Source: Rhizophagus irregularis (Eukaryota). From it: DNA of 64,000 nt. The translations under genes were made by a program, and so were the position numbers. The stretch is from NCBI RefSeq assembly GCF_026210795.1, contig NC_089432.1, positions 3,596,001 through 3,660,000 on the forward strand. The letters run 5' to 3'. The notes beneath the pieces are model-generated. The model was not told the origin of the DNA, ran no database searches, and saw nothing but the letters and a program-made list of their open reading frames with translations. Shown piece by piece: positions 51,369 to 63,224 of this stretch. Each line of letters begins with the position of its first letter. The stretch's first letter is position 1.

Positions 51369-53040
51369 ATGTTGAATATAGGAGACTTAGTTGGAAATCC
51401 CAATAACGCAGAAGACTTTTTAAAGTTTATCTCGTATAATGGATACCAATATTTACATGAAGTTACTGCAGAGCTCGGTTCGTTTGTAGAAAATGGTTTC
51501 CTTAAAACTTTATTTGATAAGAGTCCACAGGCTATGAACAAAGCTCAGCTTCTAGTAGAGAAAATAACTTTACTATACAGGCACAGGCGACGAATATACA
51601 ACCTATCCCCCTTTCACTAATATTTTCTATAGCACTTTACGCTTCGTCCAAGTCGTGGTGATGATACAAAATCAGAATGTCCCTCCACCGATGACAAATT
51701 GTTTACATCTACTAGCTCTTCAAATACGAAAACTACACAAAATCCAGTACTTGAAACGCCTCCAATACTGCCTGATGTGGAAATGACCTCTGTCAATCAA
51801 ACTGTGACATCCAAAACTTCCTGGAAGAAAGATAAACAAAAGGCACGTGTTACAGATGATAAACAAGTCAAGAACCAATTAACAACAGCAAATCCTAGTG
51901 CACAAACAGGAAGAATTCATCTGTACCCAAAGCTACTCAAATACTGACAAGATACAAAGAAGCCGATGACCAGCAAGAGCAAATCAGAGACATTATTGTA
52001 TATGATATTCTACATACCTGAAACGTTGAAAAAATCTTAGGAGAATTAACGTTATGGGTCATACTATCAAGTTGTCAGTAAAATGGCAGCACAAATATCA
52101 GACTCTTAGAGTCAAAATAGTTTTGAACTCATTTACTCTTTCCCAATTTAACAAGTTTTGGACGACTGACCTGGAAGGTATACCGGTGAGATGGTTCTCC
52201 GCAAGTTGGACTTTACGAAAAAGAAAACAACGTGAAAAGTTTCAAGCTGTCATTCATGACATTCCAGAAGAAATGACGATGGCTACCTTGTGAAGTGACT
52301 GTAAACCACAATTATTTTTACAGACGTGCGGTACTAGTGCCTTTAAAATCATACAAACAAGCAAAGAAATTGAGGAAACTCGTAGGCTATTTCGAGAATT
52401 GGGAGACCACACTCAAGGCCTTAGATACGCCTCAAGTTTTCCTTAATGATAAGGAGTTGTGATGGTGTTAACACTATATTCCTAACTTGAAGAAATAGCA
52501 CAAGCCGAAGGCTCAAAATACTCTGAACAAGAAGTCAGGAAATACTGGACAGAACCTGAATTCTCAGAAGAAGGCAAAGAAATCCTTGAAGAGTAAGGGC
52601 GTAATATTGTTAATAAAGAGATTTTAGCAGAAGTTTTGGACCTATTATATAAATTAAATTAGTTTAAATTCCTATACCAGTATTAGATAGTTATTTTTCT
52701 AATTAGAATATAGCGCATTTTTAGCAGCAGAATTTTTTTTACTTTTTATTCTACTCTATAAGCCCTTGGCTTTAGAGAGGCTTGCCCAAGTTCTTCCTTA
52801 TTTTTACCCAGTTCATATGGGTTTGTCTAGGCGGCGAAGTTTCACCTAGGTCAAGCCTTTCTCTTTATTAAAGGGTAAGGTCTGGTGGTATAGAAATTTA
52901 GTTTCTAGCGCTGAATTAACTTTCTATTCTAGACATAGTTTTTAGCTTAAATGTATTTTGATATATGCCAGTTATTATTTGTACTAGATAGGTTGTACTA
53001 CTCTCTGCAGAATAAAATAAAATAAATAAAATAAAATAAA
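51369..53040 (+). mobile_element. ORF1-only LINE-like element, copy 2 (frameshifted, (AAAAT)n tail)
   Basis: Homologous to copy 1 (GFLK.LF.K.P, SWKKDKQKARVTD.KQV.NQ, KYQTLRVKI, IPVRWFSASWTLR, EMTMATL), with shared 3' UTR blocks and an AATAAAATAA... tail at 53011-53040. Confidence 0.55.
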
Positions 53041-53859
53041 TTTTTTCTCCCTATACCATTCTTAAATATGTATTTAAAAAAAGGTTCAATAAATTAAGAA
53101 AGGTATTTTCGCATTTATTATTTTACATATAATGTCTCAATCACATGAAAAAAGAAAGGCTACTCAAGATTCTTCACAATAAAAAAAAAGAGTTGTTTTA
53201 ACACATACGCAAAAGCATCAACTCTGTTTGGATTATCAAAAAACATCATGGCTTATCCAGGAGGAACTTGATGCCATATATAAATGCAAGCAAAATACCA
53301 TTTCTGATATTTTTTAAAAAAAAGATGAGTGGTTGTTTATAAATCTTGATTCAGAAGAAGCGAATAAACAAAGCGAAAGAGCCCCTTACTTTTCTCAAGT
53401 AGAAAAAGCTCTTGCAATATGAACAACAAATGTACTTGCAGCTGAACTTGTTATTAATGGTAATATTTTACGTGAAAAGCAAAAACTTTTGCAAGAGAAT
53501 TTGAAATTGATAATTTTGTGACTTCAAATGGGTGGATTAATAAATTTAAATAACGTTATTATTTGAAAGAATATGTAAAGTAAGGTGAAGCTAAAAGTGC
53601 GTCATTAGAGACATTAGATGAAGAAAGAAGACGTTTACATAAAATTATTAAGAATTATGACTTAAATAATGTTTTCAACTGTGAATCTGTGATGAAACAG
53701 GTAAGGTTAATTTTTTAAAAATAATTAATTATTATTTAATCTTTCTATTTATTTCAGCCCACTTTCTGGCAAAAAAAAATCTAAAAAGCGGGTTACTCTT
53801 CTTCTTATATATAATGCAACCGGAACTGAAAAGTTAAAACCACTTTTTATCCATACATA

Positions 53860-55789
53860 CAGTGCGGTACCAGGACCCCGGAAACTATATATATAGGTTG
53901 TTTCAAAATTTAAAAATTTACTATGATCTTTACCCAAGTTAAGCCAAAAATTTACTAATAACGTTACCCAGTTTACTAGTAACCTTAAATCTTTCCTATA
54001 AGTGTTACCCAAAATAAAAATAACCTGTTTTAGTTTTTATAACCTGATTTTATTATTAATTATTATAGAAATTAACCAAATATTGTTACTATAACACTAA
54101 TTACATGTTTTTGTGAAAAAAAATTAAAAATTTCCCAAGAATTTCCTTCTAAACATAGACAACCAGGTAAACTTGCAACATTATTTATATCCAAGCAACT
54201 GTTATCAAAATGATAAATAACTTGCTTTGGAGTTATATAAGCAAATATATTACCACCAGATTTACATATTTGAGAAAATAAGTTGCCATCGGTATTGACA
54301 AATGTAGCAACTGAAATGTAAAATAAAGAATCTATGTTTGAAACATAAGCATATCGCATAAATATTGATCTATATAGTGATAATATTTTTCCTAAAAATA
54401 TACTTTTCTTTGATATATATAAAATAAATCAGTTTTCTTTTAATGGATTATTATCAGTTATATTTGCACGAGAAATGTTTGGGACTATAATGAAAATCTA
54501 ATAAATAATAGAATAAATTATTTACTATTAAAAACTCATTAAATATACCATTAATATATTGAGGTAATCCAATATTTTCTAAAATTTTCCTTCCTATCCA
54601 TCTTTCTTTTCGCAATCTAATTGTTAGTTCTGAAGTACCATCTTTTCGGAAAAATTCTGAAATTAACAAAATTTTGATTTTATTTTAAAAAATGCAAGCC
54701 GAAATTTCTAAAAATAGTTCTACTTTTCCAAGTTTAGAATATTTTTACCCAATAATGAATATGATTCTAATGATTTTAATTTTCTAGGATATGAAAAAAA
54801 AAAAATTTTCGATCATTTTTAACATTTATATGATATATATAAAATACCCCCTTAAAAATATATATATATAATCGTTACCCACTATAGTAACAACCGAAAA
54901 ATGAATCATAAGATCATTACCCATTTTATATAATAACAATCTGGCCCTTACCCAATTTAACAAAAAACCTAAATCGTGTTTATAATAAAATTACCTGACT
55001 TAAGCAATAACAATTTTTGATTTTTATAATAACTTTACCCAGTTTACCAGTAACCTTTATATGAAGTTTCCAGGGTCCTGCAGTACCTCTATAACCAACC
55101 CAATTTTATAGTTATAATGTGACATTTTCAAAAAAATGTCGCATTAGCAAAAAATAATATTTTAAAATTCTAACCAATAATTTTAATAAAGTATATCAAG
55201 AGCTTTTAAATTTATCGGGTTAGATTAAAAAATAATAAATTTTGCTAGTGTTATATAAGTTTGAAGTTCAGGTAATTTATTATAATGGGAAAATTTCGAG
55301 AATAAGTAATTTTTGTGTAACATAAAAAAAAGATAATCATTTGATAGTGCTTATTCAAACAAATCATTTTAGCTTATAAACTTACCCATACTTTGTTAAA
55401 AAATTTTTGAAAAAAAATTAAAAAAAATTTTGGTAGTTTTTATTTATTACAAATTATATTATGCCTATTTCTCAAAAAGGAATTACAGGAAAACTTGCTA
55501 AAAAAATATAAATCCCATAGAAAAGGTTCTGATGATATACTTAATCAAATTACTTTAAATAATTATAAATTATATATAAAAAATTATGCATAATTCTATT
55601 TAACATTAAGTATTGCATTAACCAATCAAATTTATATTAAGTCATGTGATTTTATATTATGTCAGCAAAAAAAATTGATTTGCTTAATGTATTTATCTTT
55701 TTAAAAGCTATCTAATTTTAAAATTTTATAAAATTCTGACCATTAGATCACAAGATATAAGAGGTACCTATTATAGAGGTACCGCACTG
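53860..55789. mobile_element. TA-flanked Tc1/pogo-type non-autonomous element inserted in the transposase
   Basis: TA-CAGTGCGGTAC[insertion]CTCTATAA at left, TTATAGAGGTACCGCACTG-TA at right. Removing it restores the transposase frame (..FIHTY|ENSQILRG..). Confidence 0.85.
53871..55080. mobile_element. 1.2-kb TIR element (CAGG...CCTG, hAT-like) inserted into the left TIR of the previous element
   Basis: TIRs CAGGACCCCGGAAACTATATATATAGGTT / AACCTTTATATGAAGTTTCCAGGGTCCTG. Flanking duplication CGGTAC / CAGTAC. Subterminal TTACCCAGTTTAC repeats. Confidence 0.8.
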
Positions 55790-56984
55790 TATGAAAATTC
55801 ACAGATATTGCGAGGGAAAAAAAAGGAAGATCTACCAGTTAATTATTACTAGAATTTGACTGCTTGGATGTAAGTTTCAATATGAAATGATTACCTCACA
55901 AAATTAGATACACAAATGCGACTACAATATCGTAACATTCTACTACTTGTTGATAATGCTTTGGTACATGCCTTAAAAGAAGACTTAAATTTAACAAATG
56001 TGACTATACAATTTTTGCCTTCAAATATTACAGCATAATATTTGCAACTCTGTGATGCGGGAATCATTAACTCTTTAAAGTTAGTGTTATTAATAATTTT
56101 ACAAGATAATGCTTTTTTAATAAATCATAATGATTTTTAGGCACAATATCAAAAAATACTTGTTAGAAACAGAGTTTAAGCATATGAAATTTCACAAGAA
56201 TTAAACAGAGAAATTGTTCCTTTGAATATTTATGATTCTATTAATTTCAGTACAAATGCTTGGAACTCTGTAAGTCAACAGACAATTAATAATTGTTGGC
56301 GGCATACAGGAATCCTTGCATAGGATGAAATAGGTAATAAAATTGAGGATTATGATGATCAAGCGGTTCGTGATGAAATGGAGTTGCAAGATTTAATTAA
56401 CCAGCTCCTATTTGATGATCCTATGGATATAAAAGAATTCCTTCATATTGATGATTTTTTAAAAAGAAATGAAGGATTAAGTGATGAAAAAGTTATATCT
56501 ATGGTAAAATCAAATAATAACAAACCAGAAACAGATCCAAATGAGGGAGAACTTTTAGAAATAATTTCTAAAAGAGAGGCTTTAGAATATTTGGATGATC
56601 TTGTTGTATTTTCTGAACATTCATTGAATATTTCTAGTGATTCAACTGAATTAAATTTATTAAAAAAATTGAGACACTGAATATTGAAATCTTACATTGA
56701 TAATTCAAAACAGATTACATTAGATAGTTTTATTCAAATTTTGTAATACAATTTTTTCAAATAATAATATAATAAATGGATATTAATGCTAAGAATTACA
56801 TTAAAACAATAATTTTGAAGGTTTATATACGATTATGATAAAAATTTTTTTGTACCAATACTGATTCAACATTTTATATTAATATCGGTATATAAAATTT
56901 TTATACTATACTGATATTTCGATCTACCGATAATTTTTTCCAAAACCAGTAGCATCAGTACATCGGGTTTTGACTGTACTTTCT

Positions 56985-57470
56985 TTAATGAAATGTTAAA
57001 AAACATTTTAAAAATCATTTTTTTTCATATTTTATAATCAAAATATTAGCTAACATTCTGATTTTTTTTTATTTCATTTTTTAATGAAATGTTTATTAAT
57101 GTTTTGAAATATTTTTTCATCTTTTTTTAATAAGAATATTGGCTAACGTTCTGATTATTTTTTTATTTTATTTGTTTAATGTTGGCTAACATTTTGATTA
57201 TTTTTTATTTTTTTTATTTCATTTTTTAATGAAATGTTAAAAAACATTGCAAATATTCTTGTTTTTTTTAATTTCTTTAATTGGAATATTGGCTAATATT
57301 TCAATTTGTTTTTTATTTTACCTTTTTAATAAAACATCAAAAAATGTTTTGAAACATAATTTTTTTTATTTTTTAATCAAAATATTGACTAACGTTCAAA
57401 TTTTTTCATTCTTTTTAATTAGAACATTAGCTAACATTCCAATTTTTTTTATTTTTTCATTTTTTTAACA
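56985..57470. repeat. Degenerate AT-rich tandem repeat
   Basis: ATATTGGCTAAC(A/G)TT and TTTTAATGAAATGTT blocks recur about six and three times at irregular spacing. Confidence 0.6.
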
Positions 57471-57632
57471 AAAGTTCCATCTTTTAATTTTAACACAGGC
57501 CAATTAAGATGGTTTATAAATAATAGGATCCCAAAAGGACCTAGTAAATTATTTTGTTTAACATATAGAGACAAGATAAATATTTTGCTTGTATTACTTT
57601 TACAATTTGATGGTTGATAAGAAGTTGTGAAA

Positions 57633-58266
57633 TCATTTCCCATCTGGCAGGTGAAATACAAAATTTGGAGTATTTGGCATAGTATTTTCTGCTATAGTTA
57701 CTTTAGCCTGCGCATAAGCTTTATAGCTGATTGAACAAATATCATAATCATATGATATCAATGCCAATTTATCCTTTTCTGAATGTGAGGTAAATTGAGA
57801 GAAAAACTCTAAACGAAGATGATTAATTTTAGCTTTTTCTTGTAATATGTATTGTTTATATTGCCAGATCTGAAATTTCTTTCTATCAATATATTTGAGA
57901 ATTTCATTTCTTCTTGCATGTTCATTCAAAATAGTATTTCCAGAAATACATCTTTTCAAGTGATTATCATGGTAGAGATGGGTGCTATAATTACCTCCAG
58001 GTATGAAAATTAAGGAGTCACATATACTACAATATATATAATTTGTTGGATGAGTGTAGACTTTATCATTTTCATAAACTTTCTATACATTGTAATATAT
58101 TCATTCTTAGAAAGGATTCTTGGATTCTCTTTAAGTATTTTCCTAAATGAATCATGGATACAAGAGCACCACATTTCTATCAACTATTCTTCTATATTTT
58201 TCAAAGTTTTCATCACCATAGCTTGCTAGATGTAGCTTAGAATAGGTTCTACTATCTAAATTCATA
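57633..58266 (-). pseudogene. Decayed coding remnant of unknown family with a putative zinc-binding motif
   Basis: The 108-aa ORF extends upstream in frame to YCSICDSLIFIPGGNYSTHLYHDNHLKRC. Sequence further upstream is broken by stops. Confidence 0.35.
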
Positions 58267-58885
58267 TTAACGTTTTGGTAGATTATAACAGAATATAATG
58301 ATTTTATTGATTTATACTGTTTTTAGCAATTTTAGCTGATTTAGCAATACTATACTCTAATAAATATCAGATTCATTTTTATTCGATTGTTCAGGTGAAA
58401 ACAGATTCATAATTTTTTCTCTGATGGCATGATTACTGTAAACAGCTAAACTATAAATTTGTATTACAGGTGACAGGTACCTAAGTTGTTTCTCAAAATC
58501 ATGAGATGATCAGCTAATCAGATCCTAAAAAAGAAATGTCATAACTGTCATAACTCATGGCGCAGTGTTTATTTTTTTAATTGCCACATGTCACCAGGAC
58601 GATATTGGCAAAACTTTTATAAAATTATTATTATATTTGAAATACATGTAAATGCTATTTTACTAATTGCTGAGGATGTCACCAGGGTGCAGTAGAATGA
58701 GGCGCAGTATTATGCTTCAAATATTGCATAATTGGGATAGAAATGCACTATATTACACTTCCGTTCCACTTTGGAACAGATCACTTTTGCCAAGAAAAAA
58801 TTTGTGTTCGTGACAGTTAAAAAATTCATATTGAATTATTATTATTAATGGTTTACTATTATGCAGTGAATGTTATAGAGTATAG

Positions 58886-59470
58886 TTAGATTTGGTCAGT
58901 AACATATGAAATATATTGACGAATGGAAAATTCAGATGATTTTGCCAGATATTTTATTAATTTTTTAACGACATTAGGGTACTCTAAAATGTATTGTATC
59001 ACACTTTTCATAAATTCAAAGACTTCAAGAAATTGAAAGCAATTCCCAACTAAGCGGAAAAACCACAGACATTTCTTCCTCATCAACGTAGTCTTTCTTT
59101 CCTCTTAGGAAAATAGTTTTGAGTGTAAAACGATTTTCTATAAAATAACAGTCAAAAGAAGATATGATCTGAATAATAATTAACCAAAAAAAATAATACT
59201 TACTGATTCCTTGGATTGTTAATGAATGTATTTTTTTCGCATATTTTACATCATAATTCAAAAAGTTAGGAGTATAGAATTTAACGAATCAATTCTTTCT
59301 TGAAATCTCCCATAGTATGAGTATTTAAGAAGTCAGTTGGTGCACTGCTCATTTCTAGAAACACAACCTGACGGCCATCTGACATACAAACTCCTACTAT
59401 GTCCACTTTCATTCTTTTTTTTGTTTGAACAGGATCCCACTTACTTCTAATAGAGGTCACCCACAAGCCT
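58886..59470 (-). pseudogene. PD-(D/E)xK / restriction-endonuclease-fold domain remnant (Crinkler C-terminal-like)
   Basis: KVDIVGV..SDGRQVVFLEMSSAP....HTMGDFKK followed by IHSLTIQGI and FPLSW. Split by stops, an intron-like segment and a frameshift. Confidence 0.5.
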
Positions 59471-59564
59471 AAAGTAAAAATTACATAGAAAAGTCAAAAA
59501 AACTGGTTGAATTCATAAGGTAAAATTCTTTATAAATTAAAAAAAGTAAATGTAATTAGGTAAG

Positions 59565-59783
59565 ACGAAAAGTAGTAGAGTAGGGCCGGTGTGTTGAGTA
59601 GAGTATTGTGATGTTTAGTGGTGTGTAACATAAAGGGTGTGAACTATACTCAAGTGATGAATAGACACCCGGCCAAAACGCTGGGCTGAGCTTGGGCCGA
59701 GGTGTTTATTTATCACTTGAGTATAATGCCACATCCACGTTATACTCTACTCAACACCTCCACCATACTCTACTACTATTCGT
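59565..59783. repeat. ~220-nt two-stem inverted repeat (long hairpin)
   Basis: Outer arms ACGAAAAGTAGTAGAGTA..GTGTTGAGTAGAGTAT / ATACTCTACTCAACAC..TACTCTACTACTATTCGT. Inner arms TATACTCAAGTGATGAATAGACACC-CGGCC / GGCCGAGGTGTTTATTTATCACTTGAGTATA. Confidence 0.9.
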
Positions 59784-59943
59784 ATCACTCACTCATCACG
59801 CTGAGTTGACACCACTCATCTCCATAGCACTCTAGAAATATCTGGGTGAGATCCTACAGATTGTCCATCAACTAGCTCGTGAATCTCACTTATGGCTGTA
59901 CAATTCCAGCGATAGTATTAGCCACTTTTCCATAGGTAAATAG

Positions 59944-60093
59944 ATAAACTGTACTGTACAGTCAGCTAAACTGTACTGTATGAAAATATTTTAGCCAATC
60001 ATAACTCATTTTTTATTTATCGTACAATAAAATCTGATTGGTGAATTCTCACTTCGTACAGTACAGTTTAGCTAACCGTACAGTACAGTTTAT
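59944..60093. mobile_element. ~150-bp foldback MITE
   Basis: ~40-bp arms ATAAACTGTACTGTACAGTCAGCTAAACTGTACTGTATGAA / TTCGTACAGTACAGTTTAGCTAACCGTACAGTACAGTTTAT plus inner CCAATCA / TGATTGG. Confidence 0.8.
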
Positions 60094-60229
60094 ATGTATA
60101 CTTTTTTTCCATCCTTAAGTTTATCATCAAAAAATTCACAAATTGAATTTAAATTGCAAGTAATGGGATCCACATTCCTTGATTCATACCAACGAAACTA
60201 TACTCAGAAATTAGAGGAAATTTAATCCT

Positions 60230-61430
60230 GAAATCCATAATGTTGGTTGAACGAATTAAAATTGGCGGGGCAATCAAAAGGTCTAACAACAATGGAAACC
60301 ATGGTGCTGACGTCCAATAAGGTACTAATATCGTTATCATGGCCTTGTTTCTAATTACTTTGGTTAATATTCTCAGAATAAATATCTATAGAGGATTGGC
60401 CCATAAATTCATGTGTGTCCAAAGCATTTACTACCTCCGCTCTGGAATCTTGTGTCCAAGAATAATACCTCATCAGTTGCGTGTTGTGAGTTGTGGCGAT
60501 TTGCAAAGAGGTCTATATAATGTGGTCCCCAAATTCAATTGAACATCTTGAACCAATTGGTCTTCAACTTCCAATCGTATCTGTCTATCTTCATTCGAGA
60601 AGCTCGATCCACCATTGAATTCTGAAATTCCTGGGATGTGTTCTGCTTTCAAGTAAACATTCCGCTCCAGACAAACTGTCTATAGCTCTTCCGCTATCTT
60701 TGACAGTAAAGTAGATGTTGTTTCTCCTGATGATTTATGTAAGCAACGCATGTTGTATTGTTTGTGCGTATCATAATCAGTTGGTCCTTTAAATCCTTGA
60801 AGGCTAGTAGAGCGAACAAGATTGCTTTTAACTCGAGAATATTGATATGAAGATGCTGTTCCATTCTTAGCCATCTTCCATGTATTACATAATCCTCCTG
60901 GGACATGCCCCATCTGGAGGTTGAAGCGTCAGTGTATAGGATTGTCTTTGGTTCCTCTGGAATAAGACTTCGTCTGTTCCATAGAAATAGGTTCTTGATC
61001 TACCATTCCAATTGTGCGATGCTTTCTGGGAAAAGTTCTATAATACCATTCCAACCTTGCATCTTCAGACCAATGTTCTTGTCTTTTAACAGTACGCGAG
61101 AATGTAATCTGACTGGAAACACAGTTCCTATAAGAGAAACTAATTTGCGGATCAGAATTACTGGCTTTTGGCTTATCTTCTTGCATTCTTGTATTAAATC
61201 TTTGATCTTGTGTTTTGGTAATTTTATCATCATAGTCTTGGAATCTATCTGAAATCCTAGATAATCAACTACTTGAGAAGGTATTAAAGAAGATTTTTCC
61301 TCATTTATGGTGAAGCCCAGACTTTGAAGAGAGGAAATCATAAATTGTGCATGTGCCAGAGCCTGTTCCTTGGTTGACGCAATTATCAGAACATCGTCCA
61401 AGTATACCACTACTCAGATCCCTTGCTCCG
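60230..61430 (-). mobile_element. DIRS-type (tyrosine recombinase) retrotransposon remnant: partial RT, RNase H and adenine-methylase-like domain
   Basis: VVYLDDVLI, GFTINEEKS.L.PSQ...YLGF.IDS..M.I.LP..K, YTDAS..RWG, HINILELKA, IRTNNTTCVAYINHQ, WGPHYIDLFA, WANPL, ILVPYWTSAPWFPLL. Frameshifted; gag and YR absent. Confidence 0.88.
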
Positions 61431-61940
61431 AATTCTTATTGTGTTTATTTTAATTTTAATAAAAAAAAAATAAAACCGCGTATCATAATACAAATTACGA
61501 TCAGCAAAAATAATGGTTAAAAATAGTTGATTTGCTAAAAAATAAATAAATAAATTTTTAAATTATTTATAATAAAATTATTTTTTTTTAAAAAAAAAAA
61601 TAGTAAATTACTATACAAAATTTTTATTTATAAATAAATACATTATCTGTTATTTCAAATCACTAGTTTTCGCGTTGGTTAAATTATCAAATAGCTGTGA
61701 CACAAAATTTATAATTGTGATCTACCTTATATTTTCACGTTATAATTATAAAACTTTTTTAATATTCACAATTTTTATTATATTAAATATCAACATTTTC
61801 AAATAATAAGTGAATTTTGTTTCAACTGTTTATATAAATAAATATTATTATTGAATTTTTTGTATATAAATTTGCCAAAATCACTATACCAAAATGATTT
61901 ACATTTATATACTAAATAATTATAAGAATTCCGGATTGGG

Positions 61941-62077
61941 CCAGGTTTTGATATTATGAATCCGGGCTGGGCTGTGTTGGCATAAAATATATATTTAAGG
62001 CCTGGACTGGCATATATATTCATATATTATTTCCGGGCTGGGCCAGGTTTTAAAATATGGGCAAATGCCAACCTCTA
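61941..62077. mobile_element. Solitary right end of a hAT-like element
   Basis: Four CCGGGCTGGGC-like subterminal repeats ending in ATGCCAACCTCTA (reverse complement TAGAGGTTGGCAT). Partner end not found. Confidence 0.45.
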
Positions 62078-62288
62078 GAACATGATGCTTATTATGTATT
62101 GAATACGGCATTTAAATTTAATAGAATCAGATAAAGCTAAAGCATGTTTTACTTATGTGAGTTATGCATAATTTATTATTTGACTCCTTAATGTATCTGA
62201 CAAACTATCAAAATGGACAAAAAATAAGCAAATTGTTTATTATATTAATATATATTTCAAAATGTTTCAAATAAACTACAGTAAAAGA

Positions 62289-62720
62289 TCAATTTGGAAT
62301 TTTAATTCCTAATTCTACTAAAATTTTAATACGATGTCCAGCTAAGTCAACTCCAATATTTTTTAATTGACCCAACAAATCAACAGTATATCCATTATCA
62401 ATAAAATTAGTTTCATATTTTAGAAAAGAATCACCAAATTTCATAAGAAAATCTCCTTTCTTTATATTTAGATTGTAATGGTGTTTCGTTGAATAATAAC
62501 CATGTTGATAAGAATTGTACATTGGTGGCATTGGTGGTGACATTTGATAAATGATCATAGGTTGTGATCTAAGATTATTTCCAGTTGTTTTTGGTAAAGC
62601 ATTAGTTTTTTGCTTTTTTGATTGGATTGCTGGTGGTAAAAATGATGTTTAAGAAGGTGATTTTGACAAAGATGTTCTTTTGTTTTCTGGTATATTTCTT
62701 TCTGGTTTAGAATCATCAAC
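62289..62720 (-). pseudogene. SAM (sterile alpha motif)-like domain gene fragment
   Basis: DFLMKFGDSFLKYETNFIDNGYTVDLLGQLKNIGVDLAGHRIKIL fits the SAM pattern (FL...Y...F..N....L...L..IGV...GHR.KIL) with a short deletion. The upstream frame has a stop. Confidence 0.5.
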
Positions 62721-63224
62721 TTATAAGTATATTTAATTTATTAATTAATTCAATTAATTCAAGTAAATAAGAAGCAAACATGATGTTTACTAATCATTTA
62801 ACACCAATCAATTTTCAACAATAAATCAATGGAAAATAATACATACTTAAACAGTATTTATTTTAGTGAAATTAACAAAATGATGGTTCTGAACAATACA
62901 TTGCGCAAATGATTTAATATCTCAGACCTTTTTTTTTATCATCAAGAATTTCACTTATCTGCTCTACTTTCTTTAATTGCTGTAAGATAAAATATAATAG
63001 TATAATTGTATCATTTATTTGAATAAATTGCAGTTAAGAATTAAGAAATGTTAATAGATGCTTTTTCTTTAGTTCCTTTAATTGTAATTTTTTCTTTCAG
63101 ATTTTGTGTATCTTGTGTTAAAGGTCTTTTTAACGTATTTGTTTTAGGTTCTATATAATAAAAAGAGAAATTGTTAATCTGCCTAACAATTTAAATATCT
63201 TAATTATTTAAATAATCACCTAAT

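Larger units (their letters stand above)
53132..56746 (+). pseudogene. pogo/CENP-B-family transposase pseudogene (HTH + DDE_1), interrupted at 53860-55789
   Basis: KRVVLT..QK, NTISDI, SNGWINKFK, VFNC(DETG degenerate), KKRVTLLLIYNATGTEKLKPLFI, then after the insertion TAWM, RNILLLVDNA..H, FLPSN.T..LQLCDAGII, AWNSVSQQTINNCWRHTGIL, KQITLDSF. Many stops and frameshifts. Confidence 0.9.
49212..56976 (+). mobile_element. pogo/Tigger (CENP-B-like) DNA transposon expanded to 7.8 kb by nested insertions
   Basis: TIRs CAGTCAAACCTCGATGTACTGAT (49212) / ATCAGTACATCGGGTTTTGACTG-TA (56976) enclose a decayed pogo transposase. Confidence 0.8.

Noticed and set aside
53132..56746. Domesticated CENP-B gene
   Set aside because: Many stops and frameshifts, an internal insertion and flanking TIRs show a dead transposon.
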